Positions 9,550 to 19,126 are shown, counted from the first letter of the stretch. The stretch: 64,000 nt of DNA from an uncultured Candidatus Saccharibacteria bacterium (GCA_964348935.1 CAYGEJ010000001.1:51807-115806); one strand, 5' to 3'. Notes: generated by a model from the letters alone, not told the origin. Translations and numbers: made by a program.

Positions 9550-10704
9550 ATGAATAAAAAAGCTATTGCTATATTAGGCGCTATTTTTTTGCTGATCGTT
9601 GGTACACTAGGATTTTTAATATATTCCAAATATTCAGTAAAAGATAACACCACTACTACAAATTCTAGCACTACTACACCGGATAGCGGAATTATTGGGG
9701 ATCCTGTTGAAAATCCGGACACTATAATTCCGGAGACTCCAACAGACTCTGTTGTTAAATTAACAGAATCGGAAGTAGTATCACCGGCTTTATTTTTTGA
9801 CGGTAGCGGAATAACTTATTTTGATATTCAGGGTAATTTGTTTCAGTCAGTAATACAAAATGATAATGGTAAAGTTTCCTTAACTGGTAAAAAGCAGTTG
9901 GATATTCCTCAAAAGCAAAATATTACCAAAGTCCTTTGGCCAGCCAAAGGTAGTGATTTTATTGTCGAGTTTAAAGGTTCAACTGGGAAGAGATTGTTTA
10001 GTTATTTTAACAGTGTTACTCAGCTTTATACTGATTTGCCAGAACAGGTATATAGCCTTGATTGGATGCCTAATGGCAATCAGATTATGTACACCTGGTT
10101 GGAAAACAATAAATCTACTTTGAATTTGAGTGATGGTGATACAAAAAATTGGAAATATTTGGCTGATATGTGGGAAAATGATGACGCTTTAGCAATTTCT
10201 CCAGACGGTACTCAGTTGATTTATTACGAAACAGAAAATACCGGAACCAGTAATCCTATTAATTCTGTGACCAGTGACGGTAAGATTTGGAAGACTTTGG
10301 TGAAAACTGGACAAAATATTGGCGCGCTTTGGAGTCCGGACGGACAAAAGTTTTTATTTGCCAAAAAAGATTTAACTTCATTAAAGTATCAGTTGTGGGT
10401 TTATAATTTAACCTCCGAAGAAGTTAAAAATTTAGGATTTTTTTCTACCCCTGAAAAAGCAGTGTGGGATAAAGATAGTAATGTAGTTTATGTTAGTGTG
10501 CCAAGTTTAAATACTTCTTCTAACGAGGTATTGACCCAAGATTCGTTCTTCAGAATGGATACTACCACTCTTGAGAAGAAAGAATATACTTCTTCAAGTA
10601 TGACCTTGGACGGTAGGAATTTGTTTTTAAATTCAACCAGTGATAAGTTATTTTTTAAAAATGCACAAGATGGTGCTTTATATTATCTTGATTTGACGAA
10701 GTAG
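9550..10704 (+). CDS. TolB-like / PD40 beta-propeller repeat protein with an N-terminal TM anchor
   Basis: N-terminal helix AIAILGAIFLLIVGTLGFLIY. Repeated motifs typical of PD40/WD40-like propellers (LDWMPNGNQIMYTW, ISPDGTQLIYYE, WSPDGQKFLFAKKD). Confidence 0.55.
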   Translation: MNKKAIAILGAIFLLIVGTLGFLIYSKYSVKDNTTTTNSSTTTPDSGIIGDPVENPDTIIPETPTDSVVKLTESEVVSPALFFDGSGITYFDIQGNLFQSVIQNDNGKVSLTGKKQLDIPQKQNITKVLWPAKGSDFIVEFKGSTGKRLFSYFNSVTQLYTDLPEQVYSLDWMPNGNQIMYTWLENNKSTLNLSDGDTKNWKYLADMWENDDALAISPDGTQLIYYETENTGTSNPINSVTSDGKIWKTLVKTGQNIGALWSPDGQKFLFAKKDLTSLKYQLWVYNLTSEEVKNLGFFSTPEKAVWDKDSNVVYVSVPSLNTSSNEVLTQDSFFRMDTTTLEKKEYTSSSMTLDGRNLFLNSTSDKLFFKNAQDGALYYLDLTK

Positions 10705-10792
10705 ATTATTAGTAATCAATTGACAGAATTTATCAAAATTGACAGAATTACTTAAGAGTTCTGTCAATTTTTTAATTTTTTGGTGAGTATAT

Positions 10793-12124
10793 ATGGTTAA
10801 ATCTCAATTAGTATTTATATGTAGTAACTGTCAATTTAAAGCCACCCGTTGGCAGGGGAAGTGCCCAGAATGTGGGCAGTGGAATTCTTTTGAAGAACAA
10901 AGGGTTACTATAACTGGAAAAAAAGGGTTCACAGGAATTGCTTCAAAATCTGTTGAGTTATCTGGGGTTGAGTTGTTAAATCATGCAAGAGTAAAAACCG
11001 GAATAGGAGAGTTTGATGAGGTCATTGGTTCAGGAATTGTGCCTGGAAGCTTAATATTGCTCGGTGGTGACCCGGGAATTGGAAAATCTACACTTGCCCT
11101 ACAACTTTCCATGCAAGTAAAAGCGGACGTGTTGTACGTCTCAGGAGAAGAATCGGTTAACCAAATTAAACTTCGAGCGAATAGATTGAATAAAAATCAT
11201 CAGTTGAATGTTTTGGCTGAAACCGATTTGCAAAGCGTACTTGCGAATGTAGATAGTCAAAAACCTGAATTGGTAATTATAGACTCAATTCAAACTATGT
11301 ATAGTGAAGAGGCGAGTGGTGTGGCTGGGGGAGTTGCTCAAGTGACTTTTGCTGTTCAGCAAATTATGCGTATGGCAAAACAAAACCATATTTCTTTTAT
11401 TGTAATTGGGCACGTAACAAAAGAAGGCTACTTAGCTGGCCCAAAAACTTTGGAACATATGGTAGACACAGTTTTGTATTTAGAAGGTGAGCGCTTTGCT
11501 TCTTTTAGAATTTTACGTTGTGTTAAAAACCGCTTTGGTACCACCAACGAAGTTGGAGTGTTTGAAATGCAAGGTGAAGGTTTGGTGGAAGTTAAAAATC
11601 CTTCCCAATTATTTTTAGGTGAAGATAGTATAAAAGCTTCTGGAAATGTTATAACTGCAGTCCAAGAGGGAAGCCGGGCATTGCTTTTAGAAATTCAAGC
11701 GCTTACCTCAATTAGTAATTTTGGTTACCCTAAAAGAACTACCGCTGGTTTTGATTCTAACCGTTTACAGTTGTTAACCGCTATTCTTGCTAAGCGCGCG
11801 GGACTTAACCTTTCTAACCAGGATATTTATATTAATGTAGTAGGTGGAATAAAAATAGAAGAGCCAACCGCAGACTTGGCCGTGGCTTTGGCTATTTATT
11901 CTAGTCTTAAAGATATTATTATTAGTGATACTGTAGTTATAGGTGAGCTTGGGCTTTCTGGTGAGGTTAGGTATGTTTCTAATTTAGAAAAAAGAATAAA
12001 AGAAGCAAGTAAGCTTGGGTTTAAAAAAGTAATTTGTCCAAAAAATAAACTGACCTTAAAAATTCCGGGAGTGGAAATTGTAGGTGTAAAAACTTTAAGC
12101 GAAGCTATTAAAAATATTTCATAA
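10793..12124 (+). CDS. radA: DNA repair protein RadA/Sms
   Basis: N-terminal C4 zinc finger (CSNCQFKATRWQGKCPECGQW), Walker A GGDPGIGKSTL, KNRFG motif and a Lon-like C-terminal domain. 443 aa. Confidence 0.9.
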   Translation: MVKSQLVFICSNCQFKATRWQGKCPECGQWNSFEEQRVTITGKKGFTGIASKSVELSGVELLNHARVKTGIGEFDEVIGSGIVPGSLILLGGDPGIGKSTLALQLSMQVKADVLYVSGEESVNQIKLRANRLNKNHQLNVLAETDLQSVLANVDSQKPELVIIDSIQTMYSEEASGVAGGVAQVTFAVQQIMRMAKQNHISFIVIGHVTKEGYLAGPKTLEHMVDTVLYLEGERFASFRILRCVKNRFGTTNEVGVFEMQGEGLVEVKNPSQLFLGEDSIKASGNVITAVQEGSRALLLEIQALTSISNFGYPKRTTAGFDSNRLQLLTAILAKRAGLNLSNQDIYINVVGGIKIEEPTADLAVALAIYSSLKDIIISDTVVIGELGLSGEVRYVSNLEKRIKEASKLGFKKVICPKNKLTLKIPGVEIVGVKTLSEAIKNIS

Positions 12125-12130
12125 ATAAAA

Positions 12131-12189
12131 GGGCGGGAAATGTCTACGACTTGCAGGTGTACGTAGATCAATTCTCGCCCTTTGTTTGG
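12131..12189. terminator. bidirectional intrinsic terminator (nested hairpin followed by a U-run on both strands)
   Basis: GGGCGGGA...UCUACG-loop-CGUAGA...UCUCGCCC followed by UUUGUUU on the + strand and UUUUAUUUAU on the - strand. Sits right after the radA stop and at the 3' end of the minus-strand peptide transcript. Confidence 0.5.
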
Positions 12190-12300
12190 AGCCCCATGAC
12201 CCCACTAAAGACTACCTGTCCGGGAAGTGGTTGGTTCCACTTCTCAGGCCTGGCAAACTGTGCCAGAGTCTCAAGTGAGAAAACGGTTCTGGGTTCTTGG

Positions 12301-12495
12301 TTATACAGGCATCAGGCCTGTCGTTTGGAAGACACTGAGACTACCTTTCTTCTCCGGTTTGGAGATTTTTTGAAAAGGTTCATGGCACATACTGCATTTT
12401 TGTGCCGCAATTGGCTGTAATATTCCACAGCACCAAGTTTCAGGTGGTCCCGTTTGAAGAACCTTTTTTGGTTCAGTCTCGGGTTTATTCTTCAT
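12301..12495 (-). CDS. small Cys/His-rich peptide (64 aa) with a zinc-ribbon-like CC..CxxCH motif
   Basis: ATG preceded by UAAGGAGCAACUACC. Sequence MKNKPETEPKKVLQTGPPETWCCGILQPIAAQKCSMCHEPFQ... The C-S-M-C-H-E-P-F segment is reminiscent of the CSxCHPF zinc motif of ribosomal protein L31, but the overall match is weak. Lies in a GC-enriched intergenic island. Confidence 0.45.
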   Translation of the reverse strand: MKNKPETEPKKVLQTGPPETWCCGILQPIAAQKCSMCHEPFQKISKPEKKGSLSVFQTTGLMPV

Positions 12496-12578
12496 GGTAG
12501 TTGCTCCTTAATTGATACCGATATGGCAATCGGCTGTCTATACCAGAAGGCAATCCGGCACAGACCTAACAAATCCCC

Positions 12579-12622
12579 CTGAAGATTTCATTTATTATAC
12601 TGAAATCTTCAGAAATGTCAAT
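12579..12622 (-). promoter_or_regulatory. consensus sigma70 promoter (TTGACA-N16-TATAAT) with the -10 hexamer inside a 12-bp inverted repeat, a putative operator
   Basis: Minus strand reads aTTGACAtttctgaagatttcagTATAATaaatgaaatcttcag. Arms CTGAAGATTTCA / TGAAATCTTCAG flank the -10. The -35 begins 2 nt after the recG stop codon. Confidence 0.4.
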
Positions 12623-12625
12623 CTA

Positions 12626-14689
12626 CTATTCAAAATGTATAATTTTTCCTTCGATTTTCTTTGCAAGTAGTAGGAAGTTTTTTAAGTTTATATCCACACT
12701 TATTATTTTTATGGCTTCCTCGCGGGCAATAGGAATTAAAGAAGTGTATGCAGGGGAGAAGTATTTAAAATTCCAACCAGATTGTTTGAAGCCATAAAGG
12801 TCGCCAAAGCCTCTTTGTTTTAAGTCTAGCTCGGCAAGCGCAAAACCGTCGGTGGTTTTACTAAAATCTTCCAGGCGTTTTTTGGTAAGTAAATATTGTT
12901 CTTCGTTGTTTATACCAACAGTTTCAGACATAAACAAAAAACAATAACTTTGATGCTCAGCTCTACCCACACGACCACGGAATTGGTGTAGTTGAGCAAG
13001 TCCAAAACGCTCAGCTCCTTCAATAAGCATGACCGATGCATTGGGGACGTCTACCCCAACTTCTACTACAGAAGTAGAAACTAGAATGTGAATTTTTCCA
13101 GCCAAAAAGTCCGCCATAACTTGGTCTTTATCTGCACTACGCATTTTTCCATGTAAGAGCCCAACGTTTAAACCTTTAAAAATTTTTTGCAAGGTCTCGT
13201 GCTCAGCTTTAGCAGACTTAATTTGTAAGCTTTCATTTTCTTCTATTAGTGGAGTTATTACAAAGGCTTGTCTGCCTTGTTTAATTTGTTCAGAAATAAA
13301 ATTATAAGCCTCGGTTCTTGAGTTTGGTTCTACTAAAAAAGTAGAAATAGCTTTTCTGCCCTGTGGTTTAGTTTTTATTTGGGAAATATCCAGTTCGCCA
13401 TAATAGGCAAGTTGTAGTGTTCTTGGAATGGGTGTGGCGGTAAGTGAGAGTAAATGCGGGACGCGACCTGTATTTTGCAAAAGAGAAGAGCGTTGCTCTA
13501 CGCCTAGCCTGTGTTGTTCGTCTATGGTTACCAGAGCTAATTTTTTAAATTTTACTTTGTCTGCAATTAAAGCATGGGTACCAAAATAAATACCAGGCAT
13601 TCCTTCAGCAAGGAGCGCCTGAAGTTTTTTCTTTAAAATTACTTCGCCGTTTAATTTACACTCTTTACTTGTAATTAAAGCTATAGTTACATCTTTAAAA
13701 TATTTTTGAGCAGAGGCGTAATGTTGTTTGGCAAGTATTTCTGTTGGAGCTAGGAACGCTGTCTGAAGTTCTTCTTTAGCGGTTTCTAAACTGGCAATAA
13801 AAGCTACCAGAGTTTTTCCGCTTCCAACATCACCCTCAACTAAACGATTCATAGGGGTATTTTTTTCAATATCTTTTAAAATATCCCAACTGGCTTGTTT
13901 TTGGGCTGGAGTGAGTTGGAAAGGCAGGCTGTCTACAAAGGATTTGACTAAATCTTTATTAAACTTAATTTTATAACTTTGTCTTAAGGCAAGTTCCTTT
14001 TTGTGCTTTTGGGCAAGTAGTTGATTTATAAATATTTCTTCAAACGCCAGCCTGGTTTTAGCTCGGTCTACCTCTTCCAGTTGTTTTGGGAAATGGCTAA
14101 TGTTAATTGTTTTTGAAATTGTTAGTAAATTGTATTTTTTTAAAATATCTTCAGGGATAATTTCTTCGACCTCGGTTGCTAATGAAAGTATGTTATTTAT
14201 TAAGTTTCTTAGCGTTTTTGGGTAGAGTCCTTCAGTCATGTGATAAATTGGGACAAGGCGGGCTGTGTGAAGCGGGAAATCGGAAATTTTTTCGTATATG
14301 GGATTGGTTAGTTGGAGTTGGTTGGCGTAATATTCCGGTGTACCGGACAGGTAGAGTTGGTCGCCTGGCTTTAGACTTTTGGCTAAGTAGGGTTGGTTGA
14401 ACCAAATAATTTTCAAAGCCCCGGTAGTGTCGAATACCTGGGCTTCTGCAAGTGATATATAACTTTTAAAAGATTTTCTACTCCCTATGCTTTTTAGCGT
14501 AACGGCTATAGTAGCCGGTTGTTCAGGGATTAGTTCTTGAATTTTTTTAGTGATTGAAAAATCTAAATATCTAAACGGAAAGTATAACAAAAGATCTCGG
14601 ACTGTTAAAATTCCGAGTTTTTTTAAAGCCGCAATTTGCGGCTTTGTAATTTTAGGAAGTACTTGAATTGGCGAGTTTATATTTAGCAT
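12626..14689 (-). CDS. recG: ATP-dependent DNA helicase RecG
   Basis: Wedge/helicase architecture. GDVGSGKT Walker A, DEQHRLGV (DEQH box), QFRGRVGR motif. 687 aa. Confidence 0.9.
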   Translation of the reverse strand: MLNINSPIQVLPKITKPQIAALKKLGILTVRDLLLYFPFRYLDFSITKKIQELIPEQPATIAVTLKSIGSRKSFKSYISLAEAQVFDTTGALKIIWFNQPYLAKSLKPGDQLYLSGTPEYYANQLQLTNPIYEKISDFPLHTARLVPIYHMTEGLYPKTLRNLINNILSLATEVEEIIPEDILKKYNLLTISKTINISHFPKQLEEVDRAKTRLAFEEIFINQLLAQKHKKELALRQSYKIKFNKDLVKSFVDSLPFQLTPAQKQASWDILKDIEKNTPMNRLVEGDVGSGKTLVAFIASLETAKEELQTAFLAPTEILAKQHYASAQKYFKDVTIALITSKECKLNGEVILKKKLQALLAEGMPGIYFGTHALIADKVKFKKLALVTIDEQHRLGVEQRSSLLQNTGRVPHLLSLTATPIPRTLQLAYYGELDISQIKTKPQGRKAISTFLVEPNSRTEAYNFISEQIKQGRQAFVITPLIEENESLQIKSAKAEHETLQKIFKGLNVGLLHGKMRSADKDQVMADFLAGKIHILVSTSVVEVGVDVPNASVMLIEGAERFGLAQLHQFRGRVGRAEHQSYCFLFMSETVGINNEEQYLLTKKRLEDFSKTTDGFALAELDLKQRGFGDLYGFKQSGWNFKYFSPAYTSLIPIAREEAIKIISVDINLKNFLLLAKKIEGKIIHFE

Positions 14690-14774
14690 TTAAACTCTAT
14701 TAAAATAAAGATTCCTTGCAGTAAGAGAGGGGGTGTATTAACTTCCTGGTTTGAGTCTATCAATAAAGACGTAT

Positions 14775-14954
14775 CTAAGTTGTTAATAAATTTGCCAGAA
14801 AATATATAATAATAACTAGTGGCCAAAGAAAAGTGAGATATAAAAAGGTTATAATTTTTTCAAGTAGGGGGACATCTCCAATTTTGGAAGTTAAGAAGGT
14901 ATATACTCCGATACTTAAATAAAGTATGGTAAAAAGGACGAGTTTCTTTTTCAT
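14775..14954 (-). CDS. possible 59-aa two-TM membrane peptide
   Basis: ATG-initiated ORF MKKKLVLFTILYLSIGVYTFLTSKIGDVPLLEKIITFLYLTFLWPLVIIIYFLANLLTT, just downstream of the 157-aa membrane protein gene on the same strand. Below the ORF-track length cutoff. No RBS check possible. Confidence 0.25.
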   Translation of the reverse strand: MKKKLVLFTILYLSIGVYTFLTSKIGDVPLLEKIITFLYLTFLWPLVIIIYFLANLLTT

Positions 14955-14974
14955 TTTTGTTTTTCACAAAATTT

Positions 14975-15448
14975 TTAAAATTTTGTGTGGTGCATTATTT
15001 TTTGAGTTATGGTTTCTTCTGTCTCAGGATGTTCAGGAAGGTATGCGATTAAAAAATCTGTTACTTCCTCCGGGTTTTGTTCATCCAATTGGATTATTAA
15101 GCTATTGTTTACGTAAGCCGAAGTTTGAAAGTTTAAGGTTTTATGTCTGTCGTTAAATACTACCCAGAAATGTTTAATTTGTTTGTATGGATAAAATAAA
15201 TTTCCAAAATGAACGCCTTTAGAGGTCAGCTCAATTGTTACACGCTGGGGCATTTGTTTAGAAAAAGCCAGTATAAGCAAAGCAATAATTCCAAGTGAGA
15301 CTGCGGCAAATATATCGTTTTGTACAAATATAAAAAAAGCTACAACTATGACTGATATGGAAATTACAGTAACATACCACCCGATATTTTTTGGGTAGTG
15401 TTTAAATTCCCAAGCTTCCCATGAAATGTTATTTATATTATTTGCCAT
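14975..15448 (-). CDS. membrane protein with N-terminal TM hairpin and cytoplasmic C-terminal domain (bacterial PH-like?)
   Basis: 157-aa ORF with two hydrophobic helices (GWYVTVISISVIVVAFFIFV, FAAVSLGIIALLILAF) followed by a soluble domain. Confidence 0.5.
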   Translation of the reverse strand: MANNINNISWEAWEFKHYPKNIGWYVTVISISVIVVAFFIFVQNDIFAAVSLGIIALLILAFSKQMPQRVTIELTSKGVHFGNLFYPYKQIKHFWVVFNDRHKTLNFQTSAYVNNSLIIQLDEQNPEEVTDFLIAYLPEHPETEETITQKIMHHTKF

Positions 15449-15581
15449 ATGTTAATTTTTATTTTTTCGTCTAAAATCTCAATTTATAAATTAAATGTTT
15501 ATTTCTAAAAGCTTGCCCCGATCCTGTTTTTAAATAATTTTCAAATCTTCTAGCTAATAGTCTGTTTGGAAAACTACAAAA

Positions 15582-15770
15582 CTATACTAATTTTATTGGT
15601 CTAAAATTTTTAGTTGATTCACATTCTCCTTTTTGATGTTCTTTAAATCTTCCCTTAACATCTGGAGTGGAGCCTGTATAAATTGATTGATTATTAAGTT
15701 TAAGTAAATATACGAAGTACAAATAATCTTTTGTCACCCTTCACTATTATTGTGGCTAAAGGCCACATGT
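15582..15770 (-). CDS. GIY-YIG nuclease superfamily protein (YhbQ-like), short or C-terminally truncated
   Basis: My own reverse-complement translation gives MWPLATIIVKGDKRLFVYFVYLLKLNNQSIYTGSTPDVKGRFKEHQKGECESTKNFRPIKLV. This matches the GIY-YIG core (Y-x-G-x-T-x-D...R...EH..G) but stops straight after KLV, where homologues continue. Not in the ORF track, so coordinates need checking. Confidence 0.4.
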
Positions 15771-15785
15771 AGCTTTAGCGAAGTG

Positions 15786-15875
<90 letters not shown>

Positions 15876-16178
15876 AATAAGGTATAAGTATCTGAAGTTG
15901 TAGATGAGAAAGGTCAGCCAAGACCTGTTATCTTAGTATAAAATACCATAAATATTATAACATTTTCAAATTAAATAAACAAAACAGCTCTTTCTCTAGA
16001 AAAGAGCTGTTTTTTTACGAACATGACGCCTGTGCTTTAATCGTTGGCATCTTTTTGTTTCAAAGCCTTTTTGGCTTTGATGAGAACGAAAACAAGAAGT
16101 ATTAATGCTTTTTGTTGTCGTTCTAGGGTTGTGGTAGGAAAATTCCTGCCTCAACCCTAGAAAAACATTTTAGTTAAG

Positions 16179-17351
16179 CTAGTTTCCTATAAATTGAGGT
16201 GCGGGATCTTCTAAGATGAATGACCCTATTGCCTGGTTTGGATCAAGAACTTCTTCAGTAGAAATTGTCACACTGGAATTTGTCGCAGTGGCAGTCTTGG
16301 TAATAATAGTGGTAATAGTGCCTGTCGAGGTACCTTTAACTATTGCTTCGGAAGCTTCAGGGTTCGTTAAGATTATTTTTGTGGCAATTATATGGTTGAT
16401 ATTTTTTGTTCCAGAAACGTTAACTTTTGTATTTAATTTTAGGTCGATTGCAGAAATATTTTTTCCAGATTCGTCCAAGATAATTGTTTGAGTGTTAATA
16501 ATAAAGTTGGTTTTTTCAACAGTGATTTCGTCTTTGGTAATTTTCGTTATGTAACCCAAAACAATAACTGAGTTTAGATCAGAATTTAATTTAGTAAGAG
16601 CTTGGTCATTGCTGGCAATAGCAACCAAATTTTTAATCTCAGTAATTTTGGCTGAGGATTCATTTAAAGCAAGTTGGGCAGTGTTGGCTTCCAGCCGAAC
16701 TTCGTTACTGGATTTTATTTCTGTCAGCAGATTCTGCTGGTCTTTGGTTAAGGTCTCCAAGGTGATAAGTAGAGGGTGATTTTTATCCGATTGGGGATTA
16801 TTCTTAGTTACGGAACTTACTACTTCTATAGCATTATTAGTTTGATTAGTTAATTCTTTTAAAGCTGCCTGTTCGTCTTTGGTGTCACTATTTGGGTTGT
16901 TAAAAATTTCCCTGGCCTCATTGAGCCTTTTTTGAGTAATTTTTATTTGTAAATCGGCTTTTTTGTCCTGGTTATATGCCAAAATCACTTGTAATTGTTC
17001 GGTAGTTTTTTTCACTGAAAACAACACTTGTCCAGGTGCACTTCTTAAGGAAATTAAGCTGGTGAATAAAAACATACTTACCAATAGCATTATACTCATA
17101 CTAACTCCCGCAAATTTGGAAATATGGAGCCAGGCAAGCCAAAAAGATTTTGTAGGAGCAAGTATATATTTTCTTTGCATGGCCGGTTCTGGGACAATAT
17201 TTTTTGGCAAGGTGGAAAGTGTTAGAGAAATATCTAAAAGGGGAGAGAGTTCTTTTTCGTAATCTGGGAAAACAAAAAGCACCTCTTCTTTCGAGTGGCC
17301 GGAATGCAACATATCCATTGCTTTATTATAAATGTTTTCTATGTTATTCAC
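16179..17351 (-). CDS. putative anti-sigma factor / membrane-anchored coiled-coil protein (partner of the ECF sigma)
   Basis: 390-aa ORF immediately downstream of the ECF sigma gene on the same strand. Cytoplasmic N-terminus, one TM helix (FAGVSMSIMLLVSMFLFTSLISL) and a long coiled-coil or Thr-rich extracytoplasmic region. Assignment is by context. Confidence 0.5.
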   Translation of the reverse strand: MNNIENIYNKAMDMLHSGHSKEEVLFVFPDYEKELSPLLDISLTLSTLPKNIVPEPAMQRKYILAPTKSFWLAWLHISKFAGVSMSIMLLVSMFLFTSLISLRSAPGQVLFSVKKTTEQLQVILAYNQDKKADLQIKITQKRLNEAREIFNNPNSDTKDEQAALKELTNQTNNAIEVVSSVTKNNPQSDKNHPLLITLETLTKDQQNLLTEIKSSNEVRLEANTAQLALNESSAKITEIKNLVAIASNDQALTKLNSDLNSVIVLGYITKITKDEITVEKTNFIINTQTIILDESGKNISAIDLKLNTKVNVSGTKNINHIIATKIILTNPEASEAIVKGTSTGTITTIITKTATATNSSVTISTEEVLDPNQAIGSFILEDPAPQFIGN

Positions 17352-17429
17352 CCAGTTTTTAAATTTAAAAATAAATAAATTATTGGTAGTTTATTATTAT
17401 ACAGCCTGAGAAGTGAGGATTTTTTGAAT

Positions 17430-18026
17430 TTAACGGAGATCTTTATTATCTAATTTTATTAATTCTTGAAGTTTTGTAATTGCACGGTGTTGTATGACCC
17501 TAATAGCACCTTCGCTTTTATTTAAAATTTCTGAGATTTCACTGTTATCTAAATCTTCAAAAAATTTAAGTTTTAAAACAATTTGTTGGTCTTGAGGTAG
17601 CTCCTTGATAAATTTTAACAGTGAGATTTGTTGTTGCTCCAGGTTGACTACATCGATAACATTTGTTTCATATTCCAGTGTGTTTTCTACTTCATCTAGA
17701 CTAATAGTCATTTTTTTCCCTCGGTAGTAATCTATGACTTGATTTCTCGCAATTTGGTATAGCCATCCCAAGAAAGCTTTATTTTCATTCACAGAGCTTA
17801 TTCGGGTGAAGGCTTTAAGAAAAACTTCTTCGGTTAAGTCCTCAGATATCTCTTTATGACTAACACGGAAATAAATAAAGGTATAAATTTTTTTGAAATA
17901 TAAGTTATATATTTCACCAAAGGCAGTTTGTTCGCCATTTTTGGCTTTATTTAGTAAGGACTCCAAAATACGAGGTTTGTCCTCTAAATTGCTGGAACTA
18001 ATATTAAAGACGTAGGAGTTGGTCAT
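17430..18026 (-). CDS. RNA polymerase sigma-70 factor, ECF subfamily
   Basis: Region 2 (FLKAFTRISS, WLYQIARNQVIDYYR) and region 4 HTH (DNSEISEILNKSEGAIRVIQHRAITKLQE). 198 aa. Confidence 0.8.
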   Translation of the reverse strand: MTNSYVFNISSSNLEDKPRILESLLNKAKNGEQTAFGEIYNLYFKKIYTFIYFRVSHKEISEDLTEEVFLKAFTRISSVNENKAFLGWLYQIARNQVIDYYRGKKMTISLDEVENTLEYETNVIDVVNLEQQQISLLKFIKELPQDQQIVLKLKFFEDLDNSEISEILNKSEGAIRVIQHRAITKLQELIKLDNKDLR

Positions 18027-18197
18027 TTGTTACAAGTATTTGGTAAATTATGCAATAAACTTGATTTCTCAGTAATACTCTGAAAGATATGTTAATTTTA
18101 GCAATTATTGCTATATTTTTCCATTAAAAATTAGTAATTTTTTTACTCGGTATTAATTAAAAACCCAAAAAGTTTTGCTTTAAGATTAGTTCTAATA

Positions 18198-18650
18198 TTA
18201 GAGCCTGTTGGAAATAAAATATATTATTAAAATAAAGTTACTCCACCAAGCGGTAAAAGAGATAATAAAAGCTATTGTAATTTTTATTTGCCAGATTTTG
18301 GGAAGGAGGACATTGCCTTGGCCATTTTTTTCTCTATTAATTAGAAAGGGGCTGACTGAAAAAGAAAGAAAAATACCATTGAGAGACATTATAATTGCTG
18401 AAATAATATGCACAATAAAAATGTTGTTAAATTCATAAGTGCTATAAAACAATGTACCACCTATTATAGCCAAAACTATTCCAATCCAGATTAAAGGTTT
18501 AGTGACTTTATGGGTTCTTGTTGTAGCCTCTGTCCAGTAAGAAGATTTTCGTCCTAAAAAACCTAATAAGTCGATGACAGTAACAGCCCCAAGTCCAATT
18601 ATGAATCCTGCAAACAAAATAAGTAAGCTGACAAAATTTGTATTAGGCAT
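18198..18650 (-). CDS. integral membrane protein (4 TM), unknown function
   Basis: 150-aa hydrophobic ORF. Overlaps the TspO gene start by 8 nt. Confidence 0.45.
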   Translation of the reverse strand: MPNTNFVSLLILFAGFIIGLGAVTVIDLLGFLGRKSSYWTEATTRTHKVTKPLIWIGIVLAIIGGTLFYSTYEFNNIFIVHIISAIIMSLNGIFLSFSVSPFLINREKNGQGNVLLPKIWQIKITIAFIISFTAWWSNFILIIYFISNRL

Positions 18651-19044
18651 TTTTGTTTAAAATAGTAATTGAGAGTTGTAATATGGTAGCAAAGCTCACC
18701 CAAAGTAAGTATGGGATTTGTATGTAGGTAATCCATTTAGTATACGGATAAATTGCGTACATTGCCCAAATTAAAGTAATTAGTGCTAGTAATATATCTA
18801 CAGCTGCAAGTAGGTTATTTTTTAAACCAAATTGAAGTGGAGTAAAAGAAGCGTTAAAGATTAAATTAAGTAAAAAAGGTAATGCGACTATATACGGAAT
18901 TTTCTTTTGCCAAACCATTAAAAATACTTTGCCAAAAGAAATTGCTATTCCTAAATAGAGGACTGACCATACCGGACCAAATAACCACGAAGGAGGCGAC
19001 CAAGAGGGTTTTATGAGTTGTGAGTACCAGTTGTATGTATTCAT
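18643..19044 (-). CDS. tspO: TspO/MBR family tryptophan-rich sensory protein
   Basis: N-terminal signature WYSQLIKPSWSPPSWLFGPVWSVLYLGIAISFG and five predicted TM helices. 133 aa, slightly short for the family. Confidence 0.6.
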   Translation of the reverse strand: MNTYNWYSQLIKPSWSPPSWLFGPVWSVLYLGIAISFGKVFLMVWQKKIPYIVALPFLLNLIFNASFTPLQFGLKNNLLAAVDILLALITLIWAMYAIYPYTKWITYIQIPYLLWVSFATILQLSITILNKNA

Positions 19045-19126
19045 GATTTAATTTTAATTTTATATATTTTATTATATAACTTAATTGTAAAAGAAAAAAG
19101 TTCCAAAATATTTTGGAACTTTTTTC

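Noticed and set aside
12151-12420. Plus-strand 89-aa ORF in the ORF track, and the overlapping track ORFs in the same island.
   Set aside because: TTG start with no RBS. It overlaps the better-supported minus-strand peptide gene and its terminator. Likely spurious.
12125-12625. GC-rich ORF-poor region between convergent radA and recG, initially suspected to be RNase P RNA or tmRNA. A P4-like pairing UGUCCGGG/UCCGGCA and a GUGAGAAAACGG element were noted.
   Set aside because: The conserved RNase P P4, J11/12 and tmRNA tRNA-like ends could not be matched convincingly. The region is better explained by a minus-strand unit: consensus promoter, SD-preceded 64-aa peptide ORF, terminator. An Rfam scan would settle it.
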